A DNA stretch of 50,334 nucleotides from Armatimonadota bacterium. GTDB taxonomy: Bacteria > Armatimonadota > Zipacnadia > Zipacnadales > UBA5352. Positions 1-7,851 of the stretch are shown here, piece after piece. Position 1 is the stretch's first letter; each line of letters opens with the position of its first letter. A program made the position numbers and the translations under genes. The stretch is from positions 1 through 50,334 of the forward strand of contig JAYENL010000010.1 of the NCBI GenBank assembly GCA_034722055.1, written 5' to 3'. The notes under the pieces are model-generated. The model saw only the letters and a list, made by a program, of their open reading frames with translations, ran no database searches and was not told where the DNA came from.

Positions 1-2
1 CG

Positions 3-247
3 TGTGCGTAGGTACCTTGCCGTTGGAGGGGCCGCACGAGCGCCGGAGGCGCGAGGCCGGCCCACCACGGTCGTCCATCGCTCTTCCGCTGGGGCCACGT
101 GGAACGGCCGTAGGCGGGCCGACCTCGTCCGGGCCTTCGGCCCGTCCTCGTGCGGCCCCTCCACGTACCTGTGCCTGTGCGTAGGTGCCTTGCCGTTGGA
201 GGGGCCGCACGAGCGCCGGAGGCGCGAGGCCGGCCCAACACGGTCGT
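3..247. repeat. BIME/REP-like cluster: 72-bp direct repeats (3-74, 176-247) with an inverted unit between them (~116-163)
   Basis: TGTGCGTAGGT.CCTTGCCGTTGGAGGGGCCGCACGAGCGCCGGAGGCGCGAGGCCGGCCCA.CACGGTCGT occurs twice, 173 bp apart; CTCGTGCGGCCCCTCCA (147-163) is the reverse complement of 24-40. Probably continues beyond the window edge. Confidence 0.85.
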
Positions 248-1923
248 TACTGCTCGCTGCCGGGCACCAGCTCCAGGCCGAAGGTGAAGTCCAGGTCCAC
301 CTCAGACATCCGCCGCCAGGGCAGCCGCAGGCGAGTCTCCTCCAGGGCGTCAAGTACAAGGCCCGAGCGGCTCTGCTCGACGCCGATCTGCACCATCTCC
401 TGGGCCAGAAAGTGATCGCTCCACAGATCGCCGGCGGCCGCTCCCAGCTCCTGGGCGACCATCCGCTCGACCTGGCGGTAGCTTGAGGCCAGGTCCAGGA
501 CCGAGGCCTCCAGCAGCTTCACGACTCTGTCGGTGACCTGCGGCCGCACGCGGGACTGGTAGAGCCAGTCATCCACAAAGCGGCCGAAGAGCAGCTCCAC
601 GTGCGCCCGCTCGGAGTCGATGAGCGAGTTGAGCAGCTCCAGATAGCGCATGGGGGAGATGTCGGCAAGAAGCTGGGCGAGGTCGAAGGCGCCTTTGTCC
701 TGGAGGGCGATCAGCCGCAGGGTGCCGTGGGCGAGGGCGCAGCCGAGGGAGTTGCCGGCCGCGTTCCAGGCTGCGAACGAGAGCAGGCGGTGAAGCTGCA
801 GGTCACTGTGGCGCAGCTCCCGCATGAGGGCCTCGTCAGCGCCGTTGGGGAAGGCCACGTCCGCGATGAGGACGCGACGGTGGGAGAGCTCGGATGCCCG
901 CTCCAGCAGCCCGCGGACCTCGCGCCTGCGGCGATCGCGCGCCGGCCCACGCTCGCAGTCCTGGCGGCCGCCCTGGGCCGGTGTGCTGACCGCCAGCACC
1001 AGGTCGGCGTCAGCATCCTCGTCCGCCATCTGCGCTCCGACCGCCGCCACGTGCGCCTCCACGGTCTCCCGCAGCGGCCGGTCCTCGAAGGGGGCGGTGC
1101 GCTGCGCCCCCTCCTCGGAGGAGAAGATGACGCGCACTGTGGGGGTCTTGAGCATGTGGCGGTGGATGAAGCGCGCCAGCAGCGTCATCCCGGCCTCGTC
1201 CGTGCCGGGGTAGATCATGGCGCGGTCCTCGATGTTGTGCAGGGCGATGCGGTCACGAAGCCGCTCCTGCTCGTCAAGGTGCGGGCCGAACTGGGCGGCC
1301 CGCTCCTGGGTCAGAGCCAGGAAGTCGATGTGCCTCGCTGCGGTCTCATCGACGGCCCGCACGTTCACGCGATGATTCCGCTGGCGAGTGGCCTGGTAAT
1401 CGTTGATGATCTCCGGGGGGATGGACTCCTCAAGCTCCGTGAGCTGGCCCTGCAGCTCGTCCTCACCGCGCTCTCGAACGCGGTGGCTCAGCTCGGAGTA
1501 CTCGCGCATGGCGTCCCAGTACTGGCTCGCCTCGGGGGTGTCGGCGGTGATCGACAGGCCCATGATGACGTTGAAGGCGTAGACGGCGGCCTCGCCGAGC
1601 TGCTCGCGGAGCCGGCTGAGCACATCGAGCCGCGCCAGCGCCGTCTCAGTCGAGACGCCCATGGTGCGGGAGGCGACCAGGCCGCCGTAGGCCAGCATCT
1701 CGAGGGAGAGGACGGCGGCGTCGATGCGGCCGTGCGGCTCCATCAGCCACTCGCCGATGCGAGTGGGCTGGGCGGCCTGTCCGGGCCCGCCGAGCAGGTC
1801 CAGCGGCGGCATCACCAGCTCGAAATCGACCATCCTGGCCAGCAGTCGCGGAAGCTTCGCGTTGCAGGGCCGGTCGTCGAGCGGAACGTAGATGACCCGA
1901 TGTGCTCGGTGTCTGAGCGACAC
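247..1923 (-). CDS. DUF4127 family protein
   Basis: N-terminal IYVPLDDRPCN, LEMLAYGGLVASR, YPGTDE, ADVAFPNGAD and AAWNAAGNSLG motifs; GTG start at 1923 with AGGAGG RBS upstream. Confidence 0.85.
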   Translation of the reverse strand: MSLRHRAHRVIYVPLDDRPCNAKLPRLLARMVDFELVMPPLDLLGGPGQAAQPTRIGEWLMEPHGRIDAAVLSLEMLAYGGLVASRTMGVSTETALARLDVLSRLREQLGEAAVYAFNVIMGLSITADTPEASQYWDAMREYSELSHRVRERGEDELQGQLTELEESIPPEIINDYQATRQRNHRVNVRAVDETAARHIDFLALTQERAAQFGPHLDEQERLRDRIALHNIEDRAMIYPGTDEAGMTLLARFIHRHMLKTPTVRVIFSSEEGAQRTAPFEDRPLRETVEAHVAAVGAQMADEDADADLVLAVSTPAQGGRQDCERGPARDRRRREVRGLLERASELSHRRVLIADVAFPNGADEALMRELRHSDLQLHRLLSFAAWNAAGNSLGCALAHGTLRLIALQDKGAFDLAQLLADISPMRYLELLNSLIDSERAHVELLFGRFVDDWLYQSRVRPQVTDRVVKLLEASVLDLASSYRQVERMVAQELGAAAGDLWSDHFLAQEMVQIGVEQSRSGLVLDALEETRLRLPWRRMSEVDLDFTFGLELVPGSEQ

Positions 1924-1942
1924 GCAAGTCCCTCCTGGCGCC

Positions 1943-2131
1943 TCAGCTCTCCCCTTCGGTCGCTGCGCGCACGTTCTGCGTCGCCTCGGCCGTCCAGCTC
2001 GACGCAGTCGCACTGACGGTACCGCCGATCGGGCTGCGGCCCAGCCCGGCGTCGATCGGCACCCGGACCTCGCTCGGCGCGCATGGCACCGCCACGACGA
2101 TGGCGCTCGCCACCGCGAGCGCGCGTCTCAC
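1943..2131 (-). CDS. putative small secreted protein or gene remnant (62 aa)
   Basis: GTG start overlaps the apgM stop (GTGA); signal-peptide-like MRRALAVASAIVVAVP; fills the gap up to the DUF4127 RBS. Confidence 0.4.
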   Translation of the reverse strand: MRRALAVASAIVVAVPCAPSEVRVPIDAGLGRSPIGGTVSATASSWTAEATQNVRAATEGES

Positions 2132-3381
2132 GCCCCGAACTTCCCCGCGCGGTCCATCATGTTGGTGAGCACGTCCATTATCTCCATGCCCCTCAGGCGG
2201 CCCATGATGCCCTTGCCGCAGGGCCGCTCCCCGAAGCGCTCCACGTCATCGGGGCGCGTGCCGTGGCCAAAGAACGCCATGGGCACCGCGTCGCCACTGT
2301 GATCCTGCACGCTGCAGGGAGTGCAGTGGTCTGCGGTGATCATGATGGTGGTGCGGTCCCAGTCCACGTTGTCGAGCACGTGGCCCATGGCCCGGTCCAC
2401 CTTGGTGATGGCCTCCATCTTCGCCTCGCAGTCGCCGTCGTGGCCACCGAGGTCGGGGCACTTGATGTTCGCGAGCACGAAGTCGTGATCGTCCAGAGCG
2501 TCCACGACGGCCTGCGCGATGGCCATCTCGTCGGTGTCCTGGCCGCCGGTGGCGCCGTCCACGTGGATGACGTCCATCTGCAGGTACTCGCCAAGGCCGC
2601 GGACGAGGTCCACCTCCACGATCATCGCCGCGGACAGGCCGTAGCGCTTGCTCAGCGGCTCCAGCTTCACGGCGGTCCCGGCGCCCCGGGGGAGGATGAT
2701 GTTCGCCGGCAGCTTCCCCTCCTCGCGACGCTCCTGATTGATGGGGTGGTCCTGCAGGATCTCGCGGGTGCGGGAGACGAAGTCATTGAGGATGCGCGCC
2801 GCCTTCTCCGCCCCTGCCCTGTCCTCTACATCCTCCTGGGGGTGGGACTCGAAGTACTCCAGCCCCGGATCGTGCGGATCGACCTCCGTGACCTCGTGCG
2901 AGAGGCCCGGGCCGCGCAGCACCAGGGCGGCGCGGTGCTCCACCGAGGGCTCGAAGATGATACGGACGTCCTCGATCTTGGGAATCCCCTCCTGGATGGC
3001 CCCCGCGAGCGCGTCGGTGCCCTCCTTGATGCGTCCGGCGCGGCGGTCCACCACGGTGCGCCCCTCCACGGTGGCGAAGTTGCAGCGGAAGGCGACGTCG
3101 CCCACCTCCACGTCGATCCCCACGCCCTTGGCCTCGAAGGGACCCCGCCCGCGGTAGTAGCGGTGCGGCTCATAGCCGAGGATGGCCATATGTGAGGTAT
3201 CGGAGCCGGCCGGCTTGCCCGGTGCGATGGGATCCATCAGCCCGCACCCGCCCTCGCGGGCGATGCGGTCCATGGCAGGCGTCTCCGCCGCCTCCACGGT
3301 GGTGCGTCCGTTAAGAGCCGCTATCGGGCGTCCGCCCATGCCATCGCCTATAAATATCAACGATTTTGTGTCTTCTCTCAC
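2128..3381 (-). CDS. apgM: 2,3-bisphosphoglycerate-independent phosphoglycerate mutase, archaeal (ApgM) type
   Basis: IGDGMGGRP, TPAMD, GSDTSHMAILGY, YRGRGPFEA, AFRCNFAT, DRRAGRI, PDLGGHDGD, TADHCTP and HSGDAVP motifs; AGGAGG RBS. Confidence 0.93.
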   Translation of the reverse strand: MREDTKSLIFIGDGMGGRPIAALNGRTTVEAAETPAMDRIAREGGCGLMDPIAPGKPAGSDTSHMAILGYEPHRYYRGRGPFEAKGVGIDVEVGDVAFRCNFATVEGRTVVDRRAGRIKEGTDALAGAIQEGIPKIEDVRIIFEPSVEHRAALVLRGPGLSHEVTEVDPHDPGLEYFESHPQEDVEDRAGAEKAARILNDFVSRTREILQDHPINQERREEGKLPANIILPRGAGTAVKLEPLSKRYGLSAAMIVEVDLVRGLGEYLQMDVIHVDGATGGQDTDEMAIAQAVVDALDDHDFVLANIKCPDLGGHDGDCEAKMEAITKVDRAMGHVLDNVDWDRTTIMITADHCTPCSVQDHSGDAVPMAFFGHGTRPDDVERFGERPCGKGIMGRLRGMEIMDVLTNMMDRAGKFGA

Positions 3382-3428
3382 GCGTAGTCCTCCTGTCAGT
3401 ACTGAGGCGCCCCAGCAATGCTCTGCGG

Positions 3429-3457
3429 ATTGTATGACATCGGATGGGCCAAGTCAA
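3429..3457 (-). promoter_or_regulatory. sigma70-type promoter of apgM
   Basis: TTGACT-N17-TACAAT on the minus strand. Confidence 0.7.
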
Positions 3458-3526
3458 GATCGGGGCTCGCCGCTGGAGGTCGGGGAATGCGGATGAGTTA
3501 GGCTGGCGTGTGGGTTCAGATTCCAC

Positions 3527-3553
3527 TCAATTCCCGGCTGCACATGCCGATAG
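3527..3553 (+). promoter_or_regulatory. sigma28 (FliA/WhiG/SigD)-like promoter
   Basis: TCAA-N15-GCCGATAG versus consensus TAAA-N15-GCCGATAA; lies upstream of ORF 3603-3881. Confidence 0.5.
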
Positions 3554-3602
3554 TACCGACGAACAGGCGACAGTGTGGGGCGATCTGACGGGAGAGAGAG
3601 CC

Positions 3603-3881
3603 GTGCGCAAGCAGGGCGGACGGGCGGAGCTGTGGAGGACGGTGGCGCTGGTAGCGGCCGTGGCGGCGCTGCTGGCGACCGCCATGGTGCCGGCCCTCAC
3701 TCCGGACGCAACCCAGCCGATCCGTGGCGAGGTGGGGCAGGCGCTGCACGCCCGCATGCAGGACTTCCCCCCGCCGGCCCCCGCCACGAGCTTTGGCGAT
3801 CATTACTACCGGTGGTCACACGTTGCGTGCCCAAGCGGGGAGTACCATCCGCCATCCAGGGAGCCCGCCTCCAGAGGCTGA
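3603..3881 (+). CDS. small hypothetical membrane-anchored protein (~92 aa)
   Basis: GTG start after purine-rich GGGAGAGAG; one hydrophobic helix (VALVAAVAALLATAMVPAL); start codon uncertain. Confidence 0.5.
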   Translation: MRKQGGRAELWRTVALVAAVAALLATAMVPALTPDATQPIRGEVGQALHARMQDFPPPAPATSFGDHYYRWSHVACPSGEYHPPSREPASRG

Positions 3882-3988
3882 GACGCACCCTCAGACAGGC
3901 GGACGCCGGGGCCATTTCATCACGTCATAGGGCCGTGGACTCCTCGGGCGCGCAGCGACGAACTGCGGTACCTCGTGGCCTCAGACTG

Positions 3989-4663
3989 CTACCAGTTCTT
4001 CAGCTCGTACTGGGTCGCGTTGCGCTGGTGGACAGCCACCCCCTGCTCGTGGAGGGGTCTGGCCTTGTAGAACTTGGCGTGGCCGTCCGCGAATCCGACG
4101 TTGCCGGCGTCGAAGTCATTGCCGTCGCGGCCGGGGTGTCCACAGAAGTGCTCTTCGAGATCGAACCATGGCCGAATGCCATCAAACCAGACGACGGTGA
4201 TCGACGGCTCCGGGGGGATTGACAGGGACAGCCCGGGATGTGGCCCCACGGTCGGGATGCCCGAGGGGTGATGGACAAGGTAGTCGTTGTGCTCGTAGCT
4301 AAGCTTGTATGCCCTCATGTAGCCGTCGTTGCCAGCAGTGGCGTTGGGGCACACGAACACCTGGCGATTCTTGACGTAGGGCAGGATCTTCACGCACCAT
4401 GCGCCCGGCTGGGACCAGATCCACTCGGGGTGGCTGGGCCCCGGACCCCAACCGGCCTCTCGCGAGGGGAACCTCTCGTCGTAGTCCTCGGCGTACATCA
4501 GCGTACCCACGGTGATCTGACGGATGTTGGAGGTACAGGTAATGCTCCTGGCCTTCTCGCGCGCCCTGGCGAACACTGGGAACAGGATGGCTGCGAGCAC
4601 GGCGACAATGGCTATCACCACGAGCAACTCGATGAGAGTGAAGCCGTGGCATAGACGCTTCAT
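3989..4663 (-). CDS. prepilin-type N-terminal cleavage/methylation, DUF1559 / H-X9-DG domain protein
   Basis: GFTLIELLVVIAIVAVLAAILFPVFARAREKAR...C.SNIRQI N-terminus and C-terminal H...GNVGFADGHAK. Confidence 0.93.
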   Translation of the reverse strand: MKRLCHGFTLIELLVVIAIVAVLAAILFPVFARAREKARSITCTSNIRQITVGTLMYAEDYDERFPSREAGWGPGPSHPEWIWSQPGAWCVKILPYVKNRQVFVCPNATAGNDGYMRAYKLSYEHNDYLVHHPSGIPTVGPHPGLSLSIPPEPSITVVWFDGIRPWFDLEEHFCGHPGRDGNDFDAGNVGFADGHAKFYKARPLHEQGVAVHQRNATQYELKNW

Positions 4664-4765
4664 TGGGATCGCCCCCTTCTGAGGATGCCCTGTCAGCCGA
4701 GATCACAGGTGACTTGGCTGCCAGGATCCCGGTGGTCGCACCTTCGAGGCAGGCCTACTTCGTTA

Positions 4766-4791
4766 GACGCGTGCCGGGACGGGAGGTTTCA
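4766..4791 (-). promoter_or_regulatory. ECF sigma (SigW-like) promoter upstream of the DUF1559 gene
   Basis: TGAAAC-N16-CGTC on the minus strand, followed by a leader hairpin at 4689-4725. Confidence 0.55.
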
Positions 4792-4812
4792 CCATGACTG
4801 CATGGGAGGGGA

Positions 4813-5538
4813 CTACGCGGCTACCCCGTCTTCTCCGCTATCGTCGGGGTGGGGCTCGAAGCGGTAGCCCACGGAGCGGATGGTGATGATGTGCCTGGGA
4901 TTGCGACCGTCCTCCCCCAGCTTCTTCCGCAGGCGGCCGATGTGCACGTCGAGGGTGCGCGTCCTGACATCAGGCGGATAGCCCCACACGTCCTGCAGGA
5001 GGTCCTCGGAGGCCATGACCTCGCCGGCGTGGCGACCGAGTGTCCACATTAGCTCCATCTCCATGGGCGTGAGCTCCTCCGCCCGGTCGCCGACGGTAAG
5101 CGTGTGCGCGTTCCGGTCGATGACGATGTCGCCGAAGTCAAGGACCCCGCCGTCGCCGTCCCGGGAGTCGACCCCCTCGGCCCGTCGGAGCGCGGCCTTC
5201 ACGCGCTCCTGAAACTCCGCGCCGTCGCATGCCGAGCCCACGAAGTCATCCGCGCCCAGCTCCAGAGCCAGCACGCGGTCGGTGCCAGTGGCCCGCTCCC
5301 CGAGCACGATGAGGGGCACGTCGCTGGTGCGTCGGAGGCGGCGACAGACGTCGAATCCATGCAGGTCGGGGAGGTCGAGGCTCACGACCACCAGGTCGGG
5401 ATCGGCCTCGCCTTGAAGCTGCAGGGCGTCCGAGCCGGTGGCCGCCCGCTGCACGCGCAGGTCCAGAGCCTCCAGGCGCTGTTGGAGCTCGGCGGCGCGG
5501 TCTTGGTCGTGTTCGGCGAGGAGGACGGAGGGCGGCAT
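4813..5538 (-). CDS. OmpR/PhoB-family response regulator with atypical receiver domain
   Basis: Receiver-like LELGADDFV and intact winged helix (LTPMEMELM...VWGY...RTLDVHIGRLRKKL...TIRSVGYRF); the phosphoacceptor position reads DLVVVSLDLP. Confidence 0.92.
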   Translation of the reverse strand: MPPSVLLAEHDQDRAAELQQRLEALDLRVQRAATGSDALQLQGEADPDLVVVSLDLPDLHGFDVCRRLRRTSDVPLIVLGERATGTDRVLALELGADDFVGSACDGAEFQERVKAALRRAEGVDSRDGDGGVLDFGDIVIDRNAHTLTVGDRAEELTPMEMELMWTLGRHAGEVMASEDLLQDVWGYPPDVRTRTLDVHIGRLRKKLGEDGRNPRHIITIRSVGYRFEPHPDDSGEDGVAA

Positions 5539-5589
5539 ACCGGTCTCACCCCGTGGCGGCAGGATCGGCGGACACGAGCCTCAGTACAT

Positions 5590-5617
5590 GTATCCGCCCG
5601 GCAGCCCGCCGCCTTTA
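5590..5617 (-). promoter_or_regulatory. sigma28-like promoter upstream of the response regulator
   Basis: TAAA-N16-GCGGATAC on the minus strand. Confidence 0.5.
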
Positions 5618-5716
5618 GGGGGCGACCAGCGTGATGCGCCGACCTGGCAGGGAGAATCCAGCTAGATGTCACGGCGAGCCGCTGACCTGGAACACCGCTC
5701 TTCGTGGGCCACGGCC

Positions 5717-5988
5717 GGCAGCATCCAGATGCGTGCCCCAGCGCCGGGGAGCAGACTGTCGGAATGCCGGTGGTAGTCGAGGAGGGGCCGCCTGAGGCTC
5801 CAGCGTGGTTTCCTGGAGCCGAAGCCGGCCCGGCCCTTCGCCGTTCGGAGGAGCGCCTCGCGACGCTGTCTCGTGGGGGTCGCGGGCCGGCTTCGTCGCG
5901 CATAAAGGGCATGCGCTCCTCAGGCGGCCCCTCCGCGGGCATCGGCGGCGTCGGTACAGAGGACAGGCACACGAATCTGGATGCTGCC
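5717..5988. mobile_element. MITE-like non-autonomous element, copy 1
   Basis: Terminal inverted repeats GGCAGCATCCAGAT / ATCTGGATGCTGCC; flanking direct repeat GCCACGGCC (5708-5716, 5989-5997); closely similar inverted copy at 9450-9723. Confidence 0.88.
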
Positions 5989-6004
5989 GCCACGGCCGCC
6001 CGTC

Positions 6005-6033
6005 TTGCCCGCGGCCCCCACCCGTGATACACT
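6005..6033 (+). promoter_or_regulatory. sigma70-type promoter of the dehydrogenase gene
   Basis: TTGCCC-N17-TACACT with a TG extended -10. Confidence 0.6.
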
Positions 6034-6086
6034 CGCCGCCAAGCATCGATGTTCGGTGTGCCGGGTTTGCGGCTGAAGGAGCGAGG

Positions 6087-7070
6087 ATGATGACCGAGCC
6101 GGTGAAGACCGTTCACGTGGGGCTGGGGCCGATCGGGCTGGAGATCCTCAAGGCCGGCGTGCGCGCGCAGGTCTGTCAGCCAGTGGCCTGCGCGGACCTC
6201 TCCCCCGAGATCGCGGGCCGCTCCCTGCGCGCGGTCGCCCAGGAGCAGGACCTGCCGGCGGTCACCATTTGCGCGGAGCTGCCCGCCGCCATCCGGCAGG
6301 GCGTGGAGGCCGGAGCGGCCGTTGCGGTCGTGTGCACCGGCTCGCACCTGGAGGGGATCGAGGCGCAGCTCGAGGCGGCGCTCGCCGGCGGCCTCCACTG
6401 CATCTCCACCTGCGAGGAGCTGGTCTTCCCGTGGCTGCGGGCAGCCACCGCCGCCGACCGCCTGGATGCCCTGGCGGTGGAAAACGACGTGGCCCTGCTG
6501 GGCGCGGGGGTCAACCCCGGGTTCGTGCTGGACCTGCTCCCCTTCGCCCTCACGCGCGTGTGTGAAAGCGTGGATTCCGTCTACGCGGGCCGCTTCGTGG
6601 ACGCTACGCGCCGCCGCCGACAGCTTCAGGCGAAGATCGGCGCCGGCATGTCTCCCGACCAGTTCCGGGCCGAGGCTGCTGAGGGGACCATCGGCCACGT
6701 CGGGCTGGCCGAGAGCGCTGCGCTGGTGGCGGACTCACTGGGCTGGCAGTGGGAGGAGTTCGAGGAGGTCATCGACCCGGTGGTGGCCCAGGAGCCCGTC
6801 GCCACAGAGCACTTCGACGTGCGGGAGGGGCAGGTCCGGGGCCAGGCGCAGACCGTGACCATGGGCGACGTTCGGCTGGAGCTGACCTTGGCGCTGGGTA
6901 CCGAGGATCGCGACGAGGTGCGCATCGAGGGTCGGCCGCCGGTGCACGCAGTCATCCAGGGTGGCATCCACGGGGACACCGCCACAGCCGGGACGGTCAT
7001 CAACCTGCTCCGACCGCTGACACGCGCCGATCCTGGCCTCCGGACCGTGACGGAGGTACCGCTTGGCTAA
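6087..7070 (+). CDS. NAD(P)-dependent amine dehydrogenase family protein (2,4-diaminopentanoate dehydrogenase / dihydrodipicolinate reductase-like)
   Basis: Rossmann motif VHVGLGPIG; ISTCEEL, GVNPGFVLD, GHVGLAES and GGIHGDTAT motifs; AAGGAG RBS. Confidence 0.85.
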   Translation: MMTEPVKTVHVGLGPIGLEILKAGVRAQVCQPVACADLSPEIAGRSLRAVAQEQDLPAVTICAELPAAIRQGVEAGAAVAVVCTGSHLEGIEAQLEAALAGGLHCISTCEELVFPWLRAATAADRLDALAVENDVALLGAGVNPGFVLDLLPFALTRVCESVDSVYAGRFVDATRRRRQLQAKIGAGMSPDQFRAEAAEGTIGHVGLAESAALVADSLGWQWEEFEEVIDPVVAQEPVATEHFDVREGQVRGQAQTVTMGDVRLELTLALGTEDRDEVRIEGRPPVHAVIQGGIHGDTATAGTVINLLRPLTRADPGLRTVTEVPLG

Positions 7071-7210
7071 CGTCAGATAACATCAGAGAACGGCAGATCA
7101 CGTCAGACAACGGCAGATAACGGCAGAGAACGGCAGACAACGGCAGATAACAGCAGAGAACGGCAGATAACAGCAGATAACAGCAGAGAACGGCAGATAA
7201 CGGCAGACGA
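7071..7210. repeat. tandem array of 14 decamers, consensus CGGCAGA(T/G/C)AA
   Basis: Strict 10-bp period starting right after the stop at 7070, between convergent genes. Confidence 0.95.
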
Positions 7211-7251
7211 CACCAGCGAATGGCAGGAACGACCGGAGGCGGGTGCGGGCG

Positions 7252-7752
7252 TCAGGCTCCCTGCGCAGCGGCGTCCGTGCGGAGGCGCTCGGCCACCGCC
7301 GCCGTGCCGAAGGCCTCCGCGAAGGCCACTACCGCCCAGAAGGCCAGCTCCAGCAGCGTGAGGACCACCGGCTCGCCGAACATGTTCAGCGGCGTGAAGA
7401 ACTCCCAGAACAGGTACACCAGAGCCCAGATCAGCGCCCCGAAGCGCAGCGCTCTGGGGACCACACCCGCCGGCCAGCCCCGCGACAGCCACAGGTAGAT
7501 CCACGCCCGCACCACGGACAGGCCAATCGCGCCCAGGCCCATCAGGACCGGATGGGTGACCACTCGCGGAAGCGGCTGCAACTCCGTCCACACCCCGATG
7601 AGCTTCCGGCTCTGGACGGCTGGGTCCAGCAGGATGCCCTCGCCGGTGAGCGCCATCCCCAGCACCCGGAAGGTCAGCAGCATCGCCAGGTTCGCCATGA
7701 CGCCGCCGGTGACCCCGGCGGCGACGGCGGTCGTTACTCCGCGACGGTCCAT
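7252..7752 (-). CDS. hypothetical integral membrane protein (~4 TM)
   Basis: Four hydrophobic segments; GAGGTG RBS before the ATG. Confidence 0.75.
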   Translation of the reverse strand: MDRRGVTTAVAAGVTGGVMANLAMLLTFRVLGMALTGEGILLDPAVQSRKLIGVWTELQPLPRVVTHPVLMGLGAIGLSVVRAWIYLWLSRGWPAGVVPRALRFGALIWALVYLFWEFFTPLNMFGEPVVLTLLELAFWAVVAFAEAFGTAAVAERLRTDAAAQGA

Positions 7753-7771
7753 CTTTCCGGCACCTCGTCCG

Positions 7772-7783
7772 CTGACCAGTCAG
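7772..7783. promoter_or_regulatory. palindromic operator-like site CTGAC-CA-GTCAG
   Basis: Perfect 5-2-5 palindrome 20 nt upstream of the 7752 start; resembles TetR-type boxes. Confidence 0.3.
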
Positions 7784-7851
7784 TGTGGGCGCTGCCGGAG
7801 TCTCCTCTCTCTTCTCTCTCGGGGAGCAGCGTCCGGCTCAGGGCGGCCGGA

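Noticed and set aside
601..2016. Long antisense ORFs (e.g. 601-2016, 2083-3195, 7243-8838, 10742-12223, 22061-24100, 27408-29801, 34173-35846)
   Set aside because: They are shadows of well-supported genes on the opposite strand, expected at this GC content and codon bias, and show no recognisable motifs.
3301..3460. Local AT-rich patch as evidence of horizontal transfer
   Set aside because: It is short and coincides with the apgM 5' end and its promoter.
5382..6046. ORFs crossing the MITE copies (5704-6027, 5669-6046, 9329-10021, 9351-9632) that give similar peptides
   Set aside because: The similarity comes from the DNA repeat; indels between the copies shift the frames, and no transposase motifs are present.
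7071..7210. Possible CRISPR array (also considered for 16750-16952 and 3-247)
   Set aside because: The units are 7-10 bp with no unique spacers, or are only two long repeats; no cas genes are present.
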